A program made the translations under genes and the position numbers. 64,000 nt of DNA, from contig JAUXSB010000037.1 in assembly GCA_030681595.1 (NCBI GenBank), positions 64,319 to 128,318 on the forward strand, given 5' to 3'. Positions 37,542-47,970 of this stretch are shown here, one piece after another (the first letter of the stretch is position 1; each line of letters opens with the position of its first letter). This DNA comes from Candidatus Omnitrophota bacterium. Lineage in GTDB: Bacteria > Omnitrophota > Gorgyraeia > Ghiorseimicrobiales > Ghiorseimicrobiaceae. The notes beneath the pieces are model-generated. The model was not told where the DNA came from. It saw only the letters and a list, made by a program, of their open reading frames with translations, and ran no database searches.

Positions 37542-38972
37542 TTAATCTAACTGGCCTTTTATTTTTAAATACCGCGCCTTAACCATAGCGGCGGTCAAAA
37601 TCCAGAATATGCCGCTTAAGGACTGCGTTTCAAATCGGGAACCGAATAAATTACATACCAGAAACCCGATAAATCCCCCTAAAAAGCCCAAGGCGACAGC
37701 TTTTACTGTTTTATCATTTACCCGCTTATATACCCAGAGGGTATTTCTAAAAATTATAAGCAGGATAACTAAAAATACCGCAAGCGTAATCAGCCCCATT
37801 TCCGCGGCAATGATGATATAAGCGTTATGCGCGTCCATCCTCCCGACTTCCGCGTAGGATGATATCATATGAGGGAATACGCCGTAACCTACGCCAAAAA
37901 GCGGGTAGGCCTTAATCATTTCCCAGGCGCCTTTCCAGATTTTTATTCTGGAACTTGCGCTGGTTTCCAGTGTAGTTTCTAGCGCGGGCTGATAAAGCTC
38001 TGTTGGCTCTATGAATGTTTCTTGGAACCTTTGCTTTACTGTTTCCGGCATTATCCCGGGGATAAATAAAGCGGCTAAAAAGGCAAAAATTAGCAGAACA
38101 AAAATCAGTTTATTTTTTATGAAAGCAACAAATAGCGAGCCGGCTATAAATGCCAACATTGCCCCGCGGGAATATGTATCGGTCAAGGCGCGAACAGCCA
38201 GTAAGAGAGGCGCGGAAAGAAGCCAGTATCGCAGCCGCTTAAGATTAAATAAGATAAACCCCATAAATAAAAATGAATAATACACAAAAAATGACCCGGC
38301 AATATTCGGCTGTTCAAAAATGCTTCCCGCGCGCATCTTGTCTATATCCGAAGAAAACCCTAAATTTATGGACTCCCTGATTGTAATCAGTCCGACTATG
38401 GTGATTACGCACATCGTTACTATCGCGATGTCTTTAATGTCGTTCTTATTTTTGATTAGCGGCAGAACAATAAAGAAAGTAAGTATCGGCGTAAGCCATT
38501 CTTTAAACGAGCTGATGAATCTTTCAAAATAAAAAGCCCCGAAATACAACGTTCCTTTAATAAAAGACGCCGCAATTAAGATAATAAATATAAAAAGCCA
38601 GAGAGAAAGGCTGGATCTCGGAAATAACTTTATATTGTATTTTGCTTTTTGGGAGAAGGCCCCCATAAGCATAGCCAGGATAAATACATTGGTCGCATTG
38701 ATTGCCCAGGTTTGTATGCCGAAACCCCCGGGGAAAACATAGCTAAAAGGCAGGTATGCTATAAAAAGTAAAAGTAGTTGAGTAGGGTTTAAGAACGCCA
38801 GGATAATAATGGTTATTGAGCTAAGTATCGCTATTGCCACTAAGGTAAAAGGCGAGACGGTTATCTTTTCAGTTGCCAAGAGAGTAAAAAATATGAGCGC
38901 AACGGCTAATATAGCGACAAAAAAGGGAGTTATGTTATTCTTTAATATTATATTATTAGTTGCGGTTTTCAT
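37542..38972 (-). CDS. Wzy-type polymerase / O-antigen-ligase-family membrane protein.
   Basis: About 12 TM helices and a periplasmic loop 'DTYSRGAMLAFIAGSLFV', typical of the O-antigen ligase/Wzy_C fold. Confidence 0.7.
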   Translation of the reverse strand: MKTATNNIILKNNITPFFVAILAVALIFFTLLATEKITVSPFTLVAIAILSSITIIILAFLNPTQLLLLFIAYLPFSYVFPGGFGIQTWAINATNVFILAMLMGAFSQKAKYNIKLFPRSSLSLWLFIFIILIAASFIKGTLYFGAFYFERFISSFKEWLTPILTFFIVLPLIKNKNDIKDIAIVTMCVITIVGLITIRESINLGFSSDIDKMRAGSIFEQPNIAGSFFVYYSFLFMGFILFNLKRLRYWLLSAPLLLAVRALTDTYSRGAMLAFIAGSLFVAFIKNKLIFVLLIFAFLAALFIPGIMPETVKQRFQETFIEPTELYQPALETTLETSASSRIKIWKGAWEMIKAYPLFGVGYGVFPHMISSYAEVGRMDAHNAYIIIAAEMGLITLAVFLVILLIIFRNTLWVYKRVNDKTVKAVALGFLGGFIGFLVCNLFGSRFETQSLSGIFWILTAAMVKARYLKIKGQLD

Positions 38973-38978
38973 AATGTA

Positions 38979-40139
38979 TTAACTATATAGCTTTTTCTCA
39001 ATATAATTACGCAGCCCTGCGGGAATAATATGTTTTAGTAATAGGATAAGCCCGTATTTTAATTTAAGAAGAGAAATATATAGATTGCCTCGGTAACTGC
39101 CCGACGATATTATAACTCTTATTTTCTTGCGCAGGCCATTTGCCCAGCGCATTTTATACCATTCTTCTCCTCTGAGCAGGTCGCATTCGGTTATCCCGTT
39201 TTCATGCGCTTCCTTTACGATATAACCAATTAAGTTCTGGCTTACATTAAGTTTTGCGTAGTTATTATCAGCGCCATTTTGATAAAAATAGAGCTTATCT
39301 TTATACCTAAAGCAGTATTGCGCGGCTACCATTACGTTATTAAGAGAAAGAAAACATAGGTAGAGCCACTTTTTCTCCGAAAGCGACTTCATTGTATTTT
39401 CCTGAAAATTTTTATAGCTTTCTGATATATATTTATTCTTTTCATTTTTTTGATTCCTTCTGTCAGCATAGAGGCGCTGGAAATGTTCAAAGGCTCCGTT
39501 AGCATTGCGGATATCATCGAATTTGGCAACTTCCACTTTAAAGCTTTGTTCTAATTTACGCACTGATGAGCGCAGGTTACGGCGCATGAATTTGGGTAGG
39601 CCTTGCACATACGCTTCCCAATTTGACGACGGCTTTATGGTTGGACAAAAGGGCCGTTCTTCTTTTATCAAGTAGCTAAACCCGTTTTTATTTATATAAC
39701 CCAAGATATGATTTTTAGATTGGGAATCTTCCAACATATCGGAAAGGAAAAGTATATGTGCCGTTGCCAACCCATTCGAAGATAGCTTTAATAAAGCGAT
39801 TAGCACGTCTTCTTCATTCCCCTTATAACAAATAAAATCCAAATATTCAGAAGTTGTTTCATTCCCGGTTCCGATAAATTTCAATTCATTATAAGGAATT
39901 AGATTAATAATTTTTTTTCGGGCAATATACAAAGGGGCAATGCCCATAAGTTCCCCGGTTTCATTACGTGCCAAAATGATATGTAATTTTTTTCCTCCGG
40001 AAAACGCCTTCCACCAGTTAAACTGCCATTCCCAAGTCAGGAATATGTTATCGGCGCTGCTGTTATCTAAGAGATTATCCCATTCTTCCCTTAAGTGGCT
40101 GAATTTTTCTAAACAATCTATTATTTCAAGTTTAAACAT
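38979..40139 (-). CDS. FemAB/BioF2-like (Acetyltransf_6, CelD-like) GNAT protein, PEP-CTERM-locus type.
   Basis: 'LREEWDNLLDNSSADNIFLTWEWQFNWWKAF' and the C-terminal GNAT fold. Confidence 0.65.
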   Translation of the reverse strand: MFKLEIIDCLEKFSHLREEWDNLLDNSSADNIFLTWEWQFNWWKAFSGGKKLHIILARNETGELMGIAPLYIARKKIINLIPYNELKFIGTGNETTSEYLDFICYKGNEEDVLIALLKLSSNGLATAHILFLSDMLEDSQSKNHILGYINKNGFSYLIKEERPFCPTIKPSSNWEAYVQGLPKFMRRNLRSSVRKLEQSFKVEVAKFDDIRNANGAFEHFQRLYADRRNQKNEKNKYISESYKNFQENTMKSLSEKKWLYLCFLSLNNVMVAAQYCFRYKDKLYFYQNGADNNYAKLNVSQNLIGYIVKEAHENGITECDLLRGEEWYKMRWANGLRKKIRVIISSGSYRGNLYISLLKLKYGLILLLKHIIPAGLRNYIEKKLYS

Positions 40140-41067
40140 TTTTTAATACTTCCTTTATAATTTTAAGGACGACTAAATGCGGTGGTCTTTCTCCCAATGA
40201 TATTCTTTTTAAGGCGAAGTTATTATCGTCTTTTTTTATCTTTCCTTCTATTGTCGTAACCGCGCAGGTAAAGCCATTTTCTCTTAAAATTTCTATGACT
40301 GCTTCATTAAAATCGCCTGCTTGTCCATTGGGGTAACAAAAAGCAGTAATTTTCCTGCTTAACTCTGTTTCTATTTTCTGTTTTGAATCAATTATCTCCT
40401 TTTCCGCCTCTTCCTTATTTACTTTTGTCAGGATAAGATGATTTACCGTATGCGCGCCAAATTCTATATTCGGCTCTTTGGCCATAATCTTTACTTCATC
40501 CCAAGAAAGCATTTTTTCTGCTTCAGGTATTGATTTGTAATCTATACCAGGACAGGATTCCCATTGCTTAATCCTATTTTCCTTGTCTGAATTAGGCACA
40601 TTTTTAAGCTCTGTTTTTAATTTTTCTAAAGATGCCGCGTCTGTTCTTTTAAGCATACTTAATTTATCCGTCCAGATAATATCATCGTTGTCAATTACCC
40701 CGGTAGTTAAAAAAACAGTTGCCGGAAGGTTATTCTTTTTAAGTATGGGAAAGGCGTTGGTAAAGGTATTTTTATATCCGTCGTCAAAGGTTATAACTGT
40801 CAGCGGTTTATCCGAGTTATTAATTAAGCCAACGAATTCAGATAATGTAACAAATTTAAAATACCGTTTAAGCGCCTTAATTTGTTTCTCAAGAATCCCG
40901 ATATCTAACCCGGAAAATATATTGTGATTGCCGTCATTTACCCTATGATACATAAATATAAAATGCGCCGGCTTAATTTTAAGCATTATCTTTAATGCGG
41001 CCCTTGACGCTCCGCTATAATAAAGGATGGTACTCAAAAATAATTTTAGCAGATGTAAAATATACAT
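40132..41067 (-). CDS. Polysaccharide deacetylase (CE4/NodB), PEP-CTERM-locus subfamily.
   Basis: 'ITFDDGYKNTFTNAFPILKKNNLPATVFLTTG'. Confidence 0.85.
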   Translation of the reverse strand: MYILHLLKLFLSTILYYSGASRAALKIMLKIKPAHFIFMYHRVNDGNHNIFSGLDIGILEKQIKALKRYFKFVTLSEFVGLINNSDKPLTVITFDDGYKNTFTNAFPILKKNNLPATVFLTTGVIDNDDIIWTDKLSMLKRTDAASLEKLKTELKNVPNSDKENRIKQWESCPGIDYKSIPEAEKMLSWDEVKIMAKEPNIEFGAHTVNHLILTKVNKEEAEKEIIDSKQKIETELSRKITAFCYPNGQAGDFNEAVIEILRENGFTCAVTTIEGKIKKDDNNFALKRISLGERPPHLVVLKIIKEVLKNV

Positions 41068-41068
41068 A

Positions 41069-42520
41069 TTATCGCTGCAATACAGCTTCTTTAAATTCTT
41101 TAAGAATTAGTTTATCTAACATAATCAAAGATAGCACGTAAGCGGAACCCGAGATAAATATAGTCATAATTAATGAGAATATATTAAATGCGCCGTTATG
41201 TGTTAATGCCGCCCCAAGCGTTATAATTATTAAAGACATAAGCAATGCGCTTAAAACCGCCGGTTTAAAAGAATCTAATAACTTTGGGAATGTATAATCC
41301 AATACTCTTCTGATGCGCCATAGGCTCACTATATAGGTAATTATGGCGGAAAGCATCACGGCATAGCCCGCGCCTAAGATTCTAAAATAACGCACGCCGG
41401 GAATAAGCAGGATAAGAAATAATGCCGCTTGCAGGGCATTTAAATAGAAATCTAATTTTGATTTTCCGCCGGCTAAAATTGCCGGGCCTACGGCTGAGTT
41501 CAGCGCTTTAAAGATTGCCGCTATGGCAAGAATTTTTAAGATGTCTATCGCCGCAAGCCACTTATCGCCATACATAACTTTTAAAAATACAGGCCCCAGT
41601 AAAAATAGGCCTACCCCGAAAGGGACAGCGATAATCGCGATATATTTTGAAACTCGCAGGAAAACTTCTCCGAAGTATTCTTTGTCATGCTGCATCTTGG
41701 AAAATGCCGGAAACAATACTCGCGAGAATTTACTGATTAAATAATCACTGCTAAAATTTGCTAAACTAAAAGCCATCGCGTAGAAACCAAGTTGAGCAAC
41801 CCCGAGTAATTTACCTACTATAAGGTTATCTAAGTTGCTGCGGATAAATCCGATTAGTGAGCCGGCAATAATATATTTTCCGTAATGGAGCATTTCCATG
41901 GCTATTTTTTTATCAAATTCAAATTTAGGCCGCCACTTTGCAAAATACCAGTAACTGCCGATTTGGATAAACACCTGAAGCACATAGCCGACAACTAAAC
42001 TCCATATGCCAAAGCCGAAAAATGCCAAAATAACTGCGCAGAGAGAATAGGTTAATCCGCCGATAATTTCAGCAATAGACTTTTCTCTAAACCGCATATT
42101 CCTGTTGAGAATAGCGTCAGGAACCCTACCGAAGCATCCGATAATAAAAATCAGGCCTAAGATTCTTACTACGGCTGTAAGAGAATTATTGCCGAGGAAC
42201 TTCGCTCCCCACGGAGCAATAATATATAAAATGAGAAAAAGAAATGTGCCGAAAATAGGGATAAGGATGAAAGCGGTATTAGCGGCCCTATCAAAGCCGG
42301 CATCTTCTTTTCTGCGGATTAGCGCGTAATCAACGCCTAAGCTTTTAAAAAGGCCTAATGCGTCTATCAAGACAAACGCTAAGGCAAATAATCCAAAATC
42401 CGCCGGCTGCAGGATTCTGGCTAAAATAATTGTAGTGCCAAAAGAGACCGCCTTTTGGGCAATATTTAACGCAAAAATCCATTTAATTCCTGAAAATGCC
42501 TGCTTTTTTAGAATTCCCAT
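41069..42520 (-). CDS. wzx: Wzx-type polysaccharide flippase (MOP superfamily).
   Basis: 14-TM profile. N-terminus 'IFALNIAQKAVSFGTTIILARIL' is typical of Polysacc_synt. Confidence 0.8.
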   Translation of the reverse strand: MGILKKQAFSGIKWIFALNIAQKAVSFGTTIILARILQPADFGLFALAFVLIDALGLFKSLGVDYALIRRKEDAGFDRAANTAFILIPIFGTFLFLILYIIAPWGAKFLGNNSLTAVVRILGLIFIIGCFGRVPDAILNRNMRFREKSIAEIIGGLTYSLCAVILAFFGFGIWSLVVGYVLQVFIQIGSYWYFAKWRPKFEFDKKIAMEMLHYGKYIIAGSLIGFIRSNLDNLIVGKLLGVAQLGFYAMAFSLANFSSDYLISKFSRVLFPAFSKMQHDKEYFGEVFLRVSKYIAIIAVPFGVGLFLLGPVFLKVMYGDKWLAAIDILKILAIAAIFKALNSAVGPAILAGGKSKLDFYLNALQAALFLILLIPGVRYFRILGAGYAVMLSAIITYIVSLWRIRRVLDYTFPKLLDSFKPAVLSALLMSLIIITLGAALTHNGAFNIFSLIMTIFISGSAYVLSLIMLDKLILKEFKEAVLQR

Positions 42521-42532
42521 TATTAGAACCGG

Positions 42533-43867
42533 TTATTTAACATTGCTGCGAAAATATCCTAATTTTCCGCTTGGGTCTTTAGGTATAGGAGAAATAAAAC
42601 TGTATTCAACGTTTGTATCATTGCCGATATATTCACTAAGCACGTTATCAAAATGATTTTTTAAATGCGGCTTGGCATTATCGCTTGCATCTATTAAAAT
42701 CTTAAAATCGGTTAATGTATTTTGTATTACCTTGAATGCCTTTACTTCATCATAATATGGCATTTTATGCGGTATGGAAAAAATATCAGGGTGAAAATTT
42801 ATATTATTTTCAATTTTAACCATATCAGCGTCTCTGCCTATTTTTATATCCATAATTGCCAAGTTTCTTCCGCAGGGGCAGGTAGTATTTTTAAAGCTTC
42901 CCCTGTCTCCTAACTTATAGCGTATTAGCGGCATCTCATAGTTAGTTAAGTCGGTAATTACGATATCGGCTATTTCTCCTTCGCCTGCAGGCAAACCGTT
43001 ATTTAAAAATTCTACTATTAAGTTTTCTTGCGCGATATGCATATTACCGTAGGTACATTCAAAAGCGATGAGGTGAAATTCTTTGCAGCCGTATTCATTT
43101 TTTACTTTTACTCCAAATACTTGTTCGATGAGATTTTTTTGGTGTTCCCATAGGACCTCCGAGGTACAGATGATTACTTTTGGCTGATGTTTAACCATGA
43201 GTTTGCCCTGCTTTATTAAATAAGCAAATTCATATATTGAGTGGGCATAGCCATAGATTAAATCAGGTTTAATGCGATGGTAGAGGCCTAAATATTTCTT
43301 TATTGTTTCTTTAGTTATCTCTTGAGCAACAAAAAAAGTTTTATTATCTACTAATCTATCCTCTATCGCATCAAGATAAGTTCTATCTTTATCTTCTCCG
43401 CATAATTGCAGGATTCTATCTCCGATATCGATTCCATTCCAGCGTCTCCCCCGCCATTTTGCCGCCATCTGCCACGCTAGAGCGTTTTCATCTTTATAAA
43501 CTGTTATCGGCATGCCGCTTGAGCCACTGCTTCTATAATAATTTTTTTTGCTAGCTTTTTTAGAGATTAACTTATTTAAATTGGCTCTTGCTATTTCTTT
43601 TGGCAAAATAGGTATGCGTTCTAAATCAGGCCAATCCTTGATACTTTCTATGTTAATAGAATCATTATCTAATAGATTATGGTAATATTCGGTATTTTCA
43701 TAAGCGTAAGTGATAAGTTTTTTAAATTTATTCCATTGCAGATTTTTTAATTCTTCCTGGCTTTGCCACTGGCTTTTCTCAAGTTCTCGCAGTGCTCTTA
43801 ATAAAGGGATCTTTCTCTGGCTGTAGTAAAGCGGAAAAGTAATATATTTGACAATATAATTAAACAT
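42533..43867 (-). CDS. CapK / coenzyme-F390-synthetase / phenylacetate-CoA-ligase-family adenylating enzyme.
   Basis: 'RSSGSSGMPITVY' P-loop. Internal Met start chosen to avoid overlap with the next gene. Confidence 0.7.
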   Translation of the reverse strand: MFNYIVKYITFPLYYSQRKIPLLRALRELEKSQWQSQEELKNLQWNKFKKLITYAYENTEYYHNLLDNDSINIESIKDWPDLERIPILPKEIARANLNKLISKKASKKNYYRSSGSSGMPITVYKDENALAWQMAAKWRGRRWNGIDIGDRILQLCGEDKDRTYLDAIEDRLVDNKTFFVAQEITKETIKKYLGLYHRIKPDLIYGYAHSIYEFAYLIKQGKLMVKHQPKVIICTSEVLWEHQKNLIEQVFGVKVKNEYGCKEFHLIAFECTYGNMHIAQENLIVEFLNNGLPAGEGEIADIVITDLTNYEMPLIRYKLGDRGSFKNTTCPCGRNLAIMDIKIGRDADMVKIENNINFHPDIFSIPHKMPYYDEVKAFKVIQNTLTDFKILIDASDNAKPHLKNHFDNVLSEYIGNDTNVEYSFISPIPKDPSGKLGYFRSNVK

Positions 43868-43872
43868 CGTTT

Positions 43873-44583
43873 TTATAAGGAAGACGTTTTTAAAAAGTAA
43901 CGCTTGCCAGCGCCGATTAATCTTAATAAGAGATAGGCGACATTGTAGATTAGGCATAGCATAAGTGCCAACATCAGTTTATTTGTCAGCCCGCCAAGAA
44001 TAATGATGAATCCATTTATATCGGTGCCTATAGTAAATTCGCGTAAAATTGTCTTTAATATGCCGATTTTATTCTGCGCAGTTCCCATATTTATTTTAGT
44101 ATCAGTATAATTCTTTTTAGATTTTATCGCCAATATCGCTTCTTTTGTCATAAGCGAAACAATAATGTGCTGCAACATAATTACAAAAAAACCCAATGTC
44201 CATACTGTCTCTGGGTTATAATTGCGAGCTAATCCCCAGCAGACCCCGAAATAAATCACCATTTCTAAAATTCTTCCTGATACGCTGTCCAGCCATTCCC
44301 CGCGCTCGGAAACCCTGTTGGTTATTCTTGCCAAGTCTCCATCGACAAAATCTAAAAACCACGCCAGCATATATAATATTGAGCCAAACACCGCTGTCGG
44401 GTATGCTCCGAAAGAATATGAAAATGCCGAGATCATTCCGATTAATAATCCGGCTAACACAATTTGCTCGGGCATAATTTTAGAATTTTTTAGCTTATAT
44501 GCTATAAACCCTGAACCAATACGGATAAATCTATTGATATTGTAATTTGTCTCTTTGAATATATATTTATCAAATCTACCCAT
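43873..44583 (-). CDS. CDP-alcohol phosphatidyltransferase-family membrane protein.
   Basis: 'DFVDGDLARITNRVSERGEWLDSVSG' matches DG-x2-AR-x8-G-x3-D. Confidence 0.7.
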   Translation of the reverse strand: MGRFDKYIFKETNYNINRFIRIGSGFIAYKLKNSKIMPEQIVLAGLLIGMISAFSYSFGAYPTAVFGSILYMLAWFLDFVDGDLARITNRVSERGEWLDSVSGRILEMVIYFGVCWGLARNYNPETVWTLGFFVIMLQHIIVSLMTKEAILAIKSKKNYTDTKINMGTAQNKIGILKTILREFTIGTDINGFIIILGGLTNKLMLALMLCLIYNVAYLLLRLIGAGKRYFLKTSSL

Positions 44584-45331
44584 TTTCTACCTCTAATAAA
44601 GTTACCTCTATCCTGAAAAAACTATCTATAAAGTAAGAGATTATGTTATGGCAATATAAGGACAATAGGCAGCAATACCTCGAAGGCCATGAAATTTTCG
44701 CTTCACCAAACCCTGCCTGTTTTAATAGCTTAATCCAAACTTTGGGCGGCTGGTGTTTACGCCAATTGATATTTGGGCAAAATGGCGAGCGTTTCTTGAA
44801 AATGCCGAAGAAATTCTTATTAGAGTTATCGAGGATGATAAATTTCCCTCTTGGTTTCATTGTGGATTTTACTTTATTAAAAATTCCTAAATACTTACGT
44901 TGTGCGTCTAAATTAGAGTTTAATTTTATACAGGCATTTTCATCAAAATGATTTATGGACATATTCGATAGGACAATATCGAATTTTATTCCGTTAGGGT
45001 TAAAATTTTCTATGGTTTGAGGCAGGCAGTCGATATTATCTAAGTTAAGATTATTGATTAATTCGGTAAATATTTTAGCACTACCAGAGGTACTGCCATC
45101 TACTTCCGGCTCAAGGCCTATTACTCTTTTTGCCCCATTTATTTTTGCCCAGATGCTATAAACTCCATCTCCACAGCCGAGTTCCAGCATTGATTTATCT
45201 TTTAGGTCAATATCTCCAAATACCTGCTTAGCCCGGAATAATAGCTTATTCTTGGATTTATACAGCATATTATCTACTGCTAAAGCCGTGAATTTATTTA
45301 TCAAATCATTATTATTTTCTATCATTTTCAA
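44576..45331 (-). CDS. Class I SAM-dependent methyltransferase.
   Basis: Motif I 'LELGCGDGVYS'. Confidence 0.75.
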   Translation of the reverse strand: MKMIENNNDLINKFTALAVDNMLYKSKNKLLFRAKQVFGDIDLKDKSMLELGCGDGVYSIWAKINGAKRVIGLEPEVDGSTSGSAKIFTELINNLNLDNIDCLPQTIENFNPNGIKFDIVLSNMSINHFDENACIKLNSNLDAQRKYLGIFNKVKSTMKPRGKFIILDNSNKNFFGIFKKRSPFCPNINWRKHQPPKVWIKLLKQAGFGEAKISWPSRYCCLLSLYCHNIISYFIDSFFRIEVTLLEVENG

Positions 45332-47045
45332 GATCCATATTCTTATTACCGTTTAAGTGGATAATCTTAAGCCCGGATATGCCGTTTAGTTGATATTTCT
45401 TGATGATTTCTTCTTCGTTAAGCACATTCTGTGAGTCAAGGTAAATATTACCGATTAAGCTGTTATTTTCAATTGAAATAAACGGATTATTCATAAGAAA
45501 ACGTTTGATGGGTTCTGTTAATTGAGAGATTCGAAAAGCGAAGACATTGCTGACTTTTTTATCAAGTTCTACTTTTGTTTTCCATTTCGCCTTATATCTA
45601 AGCACACCGTCATTCAATAATGCCCGGCTTAGGCCTAAATCTATAGTTTTAAATCCTTTTTCGCTGGCAAATTTAAAATAAAAATAGTATAGCGCGCTAA
45701 AGGCGTCTTTTTTTAACAAGTTGATATCGCCGTTTAATAAGCCAATAAACTTGGGACGGAAGGCGCTGTTGCTTAACTCTATTACCGACCCCGATAGATA
45801 CCTATTTCCATCTTTGGCGAGCAAGAGGCCGCCCTTTTTAAAGCTTCTTTTGACTAAATTAAACGGGCTGATAATTTCTTCGCCATTATAGCGTTTGCGT
45901 ATATACGGCAGGTACATATTTTCATAAAAGAAAACCAATAGTTTTTCATCATTTTTTATAAATTCATAGGTATAGTTGCGAATTTTGGCTGTTCTAATGT
46001 CTTCATAAGCGCTGCGGTCGCGTTTTTTTCTGAAGTCTTTAAGTGAAGCGGGCGTATTAGCCCTTTGTCTAATAAATACCGGCATAAATTTTATATTTTG
46101 CCAAACACCCAGGTTTTTATTAAGATAATCAAATTTTTCTTCGGCTACTGTTAAATCCGTATTTTTCGAGATTTTTTTAAACTCAAGGTTTAATTTCTGC
46201 CTGAGGAATGTTTTAACGCGCTTTGTCACGTAGCCGTCAGGGAAAAGTAAATTGAGCAGTATTCTATTCGGCTTATTTTTGCAGATAAAAGCGGCTTTTA
46301 GGGTGTCTTTGCTTGAAGAATTCTGAATAAGGTATAGCCGTAAAAAAAACCTATAGGCAAGATCTTCAATTTTATCTCTAAGAAGATTAAGGAGGTAAAA
46401 AGGCGTTTTTACCGCTACCATAAAAAGTCTAATTAACGCTCTAGCAATGAGATAAATAGCGTTCCCGATTTTATTGTTTAGGTTACAGGAGAATTTTAAA
46501 CCAAAAAATTTTATTAAAGCCAATTTTTTTATTGGTTCAAACCCTAATTCTTGCGCCATTTTATTGGGAATTAATTCTTGTGTGTCAACTAAGATATGGG
46601 CGTTGTTAAATCTACCTTTAAGTATTTTAAATGCTTCTTGATAAAGCATGTTAGCGATGCCGTTTCCCCTAAATTCCGGTTTTATATACACTCCGTGAAT
46701 ATACGATGAGCTTTCTCTTAGTTTATATTCATATTTAAAAGGCCGAAGCACCTTGGCTATTCCGTCTGGATTTAAGATTGCCCAGCCTATCGGTTCAGAA
46801 TTATTCATTGCAATTAAGGTTTCTGAAGTATCTGTAATCATCGGCATAATTTCTGGATTTAATCTCTCTATTAGATTTATGGGTATTTTTTGGTAATAAT
46901 TTATCTCTAAATTCGGTAAACTATTCTGAGTGATAGGATTTAGCTTGTCAGGGCCAATAGTTGTCAGGTCCTTTCTGTAATGCGCCAATTCTCTTAAGCT
47001 TATTTTGGAAGCGATGATATTTTTAATTATATTGGAAATTTTCAT
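45312..47045 (-). CDS. Two-domain acyltransferase: N-terminal GNAT + C-terminal FemAB-like (Acetyltransf_6).
   Basis: GNAT motif 'HGVYIKPEFRGNGIANMLYQEA'. C-terminal FemAB-like region. Confidence 0.55.
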   Translation of the reverse strand: MKISNIIKNIIASKISLRELAHYRKDLTTIGPDKLNPITQNSLPNLEINYYQKIPINLIERLNPEIMPMITDTSETLIAMNNSEPIGWAILNPDGIAKVLRPFKYEYKLRESSSYIHGVYIKPEFRGNGIANMLYQEAFKILKGRFNNAHILVDTQELIPNKMAQELGFEPIKKLALIKFFGLKFSCNLNNKIGNAIYLIARALIRLFMVAVKTPFYLLNLLRDKIEDLAYRFFLRLYLIQNSSSKDTLKAAFICKNKPNRILLNLLFPDGYVTKRVKTFLRQKLNLEFKKISKNTDLTVAEEKFDYLNKNLGVWQNIKFMPVFIRQRANTPASLKDFRKKRDRSAYEDIRTAKIRNYTYEFIKNDEKLLVFFYENMYLPYIRKRYNGEEIISPFNLVKRSFKKGGLLLAKDGNRYLSGSVIELSNSAFRPKFIGLLNGDINLLKKDAFSALYYFYFKFASEKGFKTIDLGLSRALLNDGVLRYKAKWKTKVELDKKVSNVFAFRISQLTEPIKRFLMNNPFISIENNSLIGNIYLDSQNVLNEEEIIKKYQLNGISGLKIIHLNGNKNMDLENDRK

Positions 47046-47966
47046 TTATTTGCCTTCCAACAATGCTTTAAGGCTATATACACATAATGCCGCGAAAGGA
47101 TTAAGCAGCTTTTTAACTTTCATGATAAATTTATCTTCTTTATAAATAAAATTATTAAATAAGAATATGTCGGCATTTAATGCCTGAAGTAATGAATGCA
47201 AGGCATCCTTATATTTACCTTTTTCATATTGTGCTCTTGCTAACAAATAATATTCAGAAGCTAATCGGTTTTTTATAAGCCGCTTATGCACTTTCATATC
47301 TTTGTCTTTACGTAATTTCTCAAAGGTTTTTACATGGCCGGTATATATTTTTTCGCAATCATTGCAAGTATTATCTGAATGAACCCTGTACTTTATCAAC
47401 GGATCATCAATAAATTTAATCTTGGCAATTTTGGCTATCCTAATCCATAAGTCTTTATCCTCTGAGCCGGATATGGTTTCATCAAACATCCCCGCTTTTT
47501 TTACCAGGTCTTTTTTTACCAAGACAGACATGCAGATATGATAGTTATTTAATAAATCATCAAGGTTTTTAGCCGGATAGCGCGGCCTGACATCACCGGT
47601 AAGCTTACCTTTTGCATCTATCATATATTTAGCAGTATGGATTAAGCCGATACTGTCTTCATTTATCGCCCCCATCTGTTTTTCTAACTTTTCCGGAAGC
47701 CACATATCATCCGAATCTAAAAAAGCCAGGTATTCGCCTTTAGATAAATTTATGCCCAAATTTCTTGCCGCCGATACACCACTGTTTGTTTTATAAACAT
47801 ACTGGATTTTTCCATTATATTTAGCCAAAAGCTCTTTGGTATTATCGGTCGAACCGTCGTCAACCACGATTATTTCGTAGTCTTTGTAGGTTTGCGCTAA
47901 TACGCTGTCTATTGTTTCGCAGATATACTGCGCGCGGTTATAAGTAGGAATAATTACGCTAATCAT
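47046..47966 (-). CDS. GT2 glycosyltransferase.
   Basis: 'ISVIIPTYNRAQYICETIDSVLAQTY...EIIVVDDGSTDNT'. Confidence 0.9.
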   Translation of the reverse strand: MISVIIPTYNRAQYICETIDSVLAQTYKDYEIIVVDDGSTDNTKELLAKYNGKIQYVYKTNSGVSAARNLGINLSKGEYLAFLDSDDMWLPEKLEKQMGAINEDSIGLIHTAKYMIDAKGKLTGDVRPRYPAKNLDDLLNNYHICMSVLVKKDLVKKAGMFDETISGSEDKDLWIRIAKIAKIKFIDDPLIKYRVHSDNTCNDCEKIYTGHVKTFEKLRKDKDMKVHKRLIKNRLASEYYLLARAQYEKGKYKDALHSLLQALNADIFLFNNFIYKEDKFIMKVKKLLNPFAALCVYSLKALLEGK

Positions 47967-47970
47967 TTTC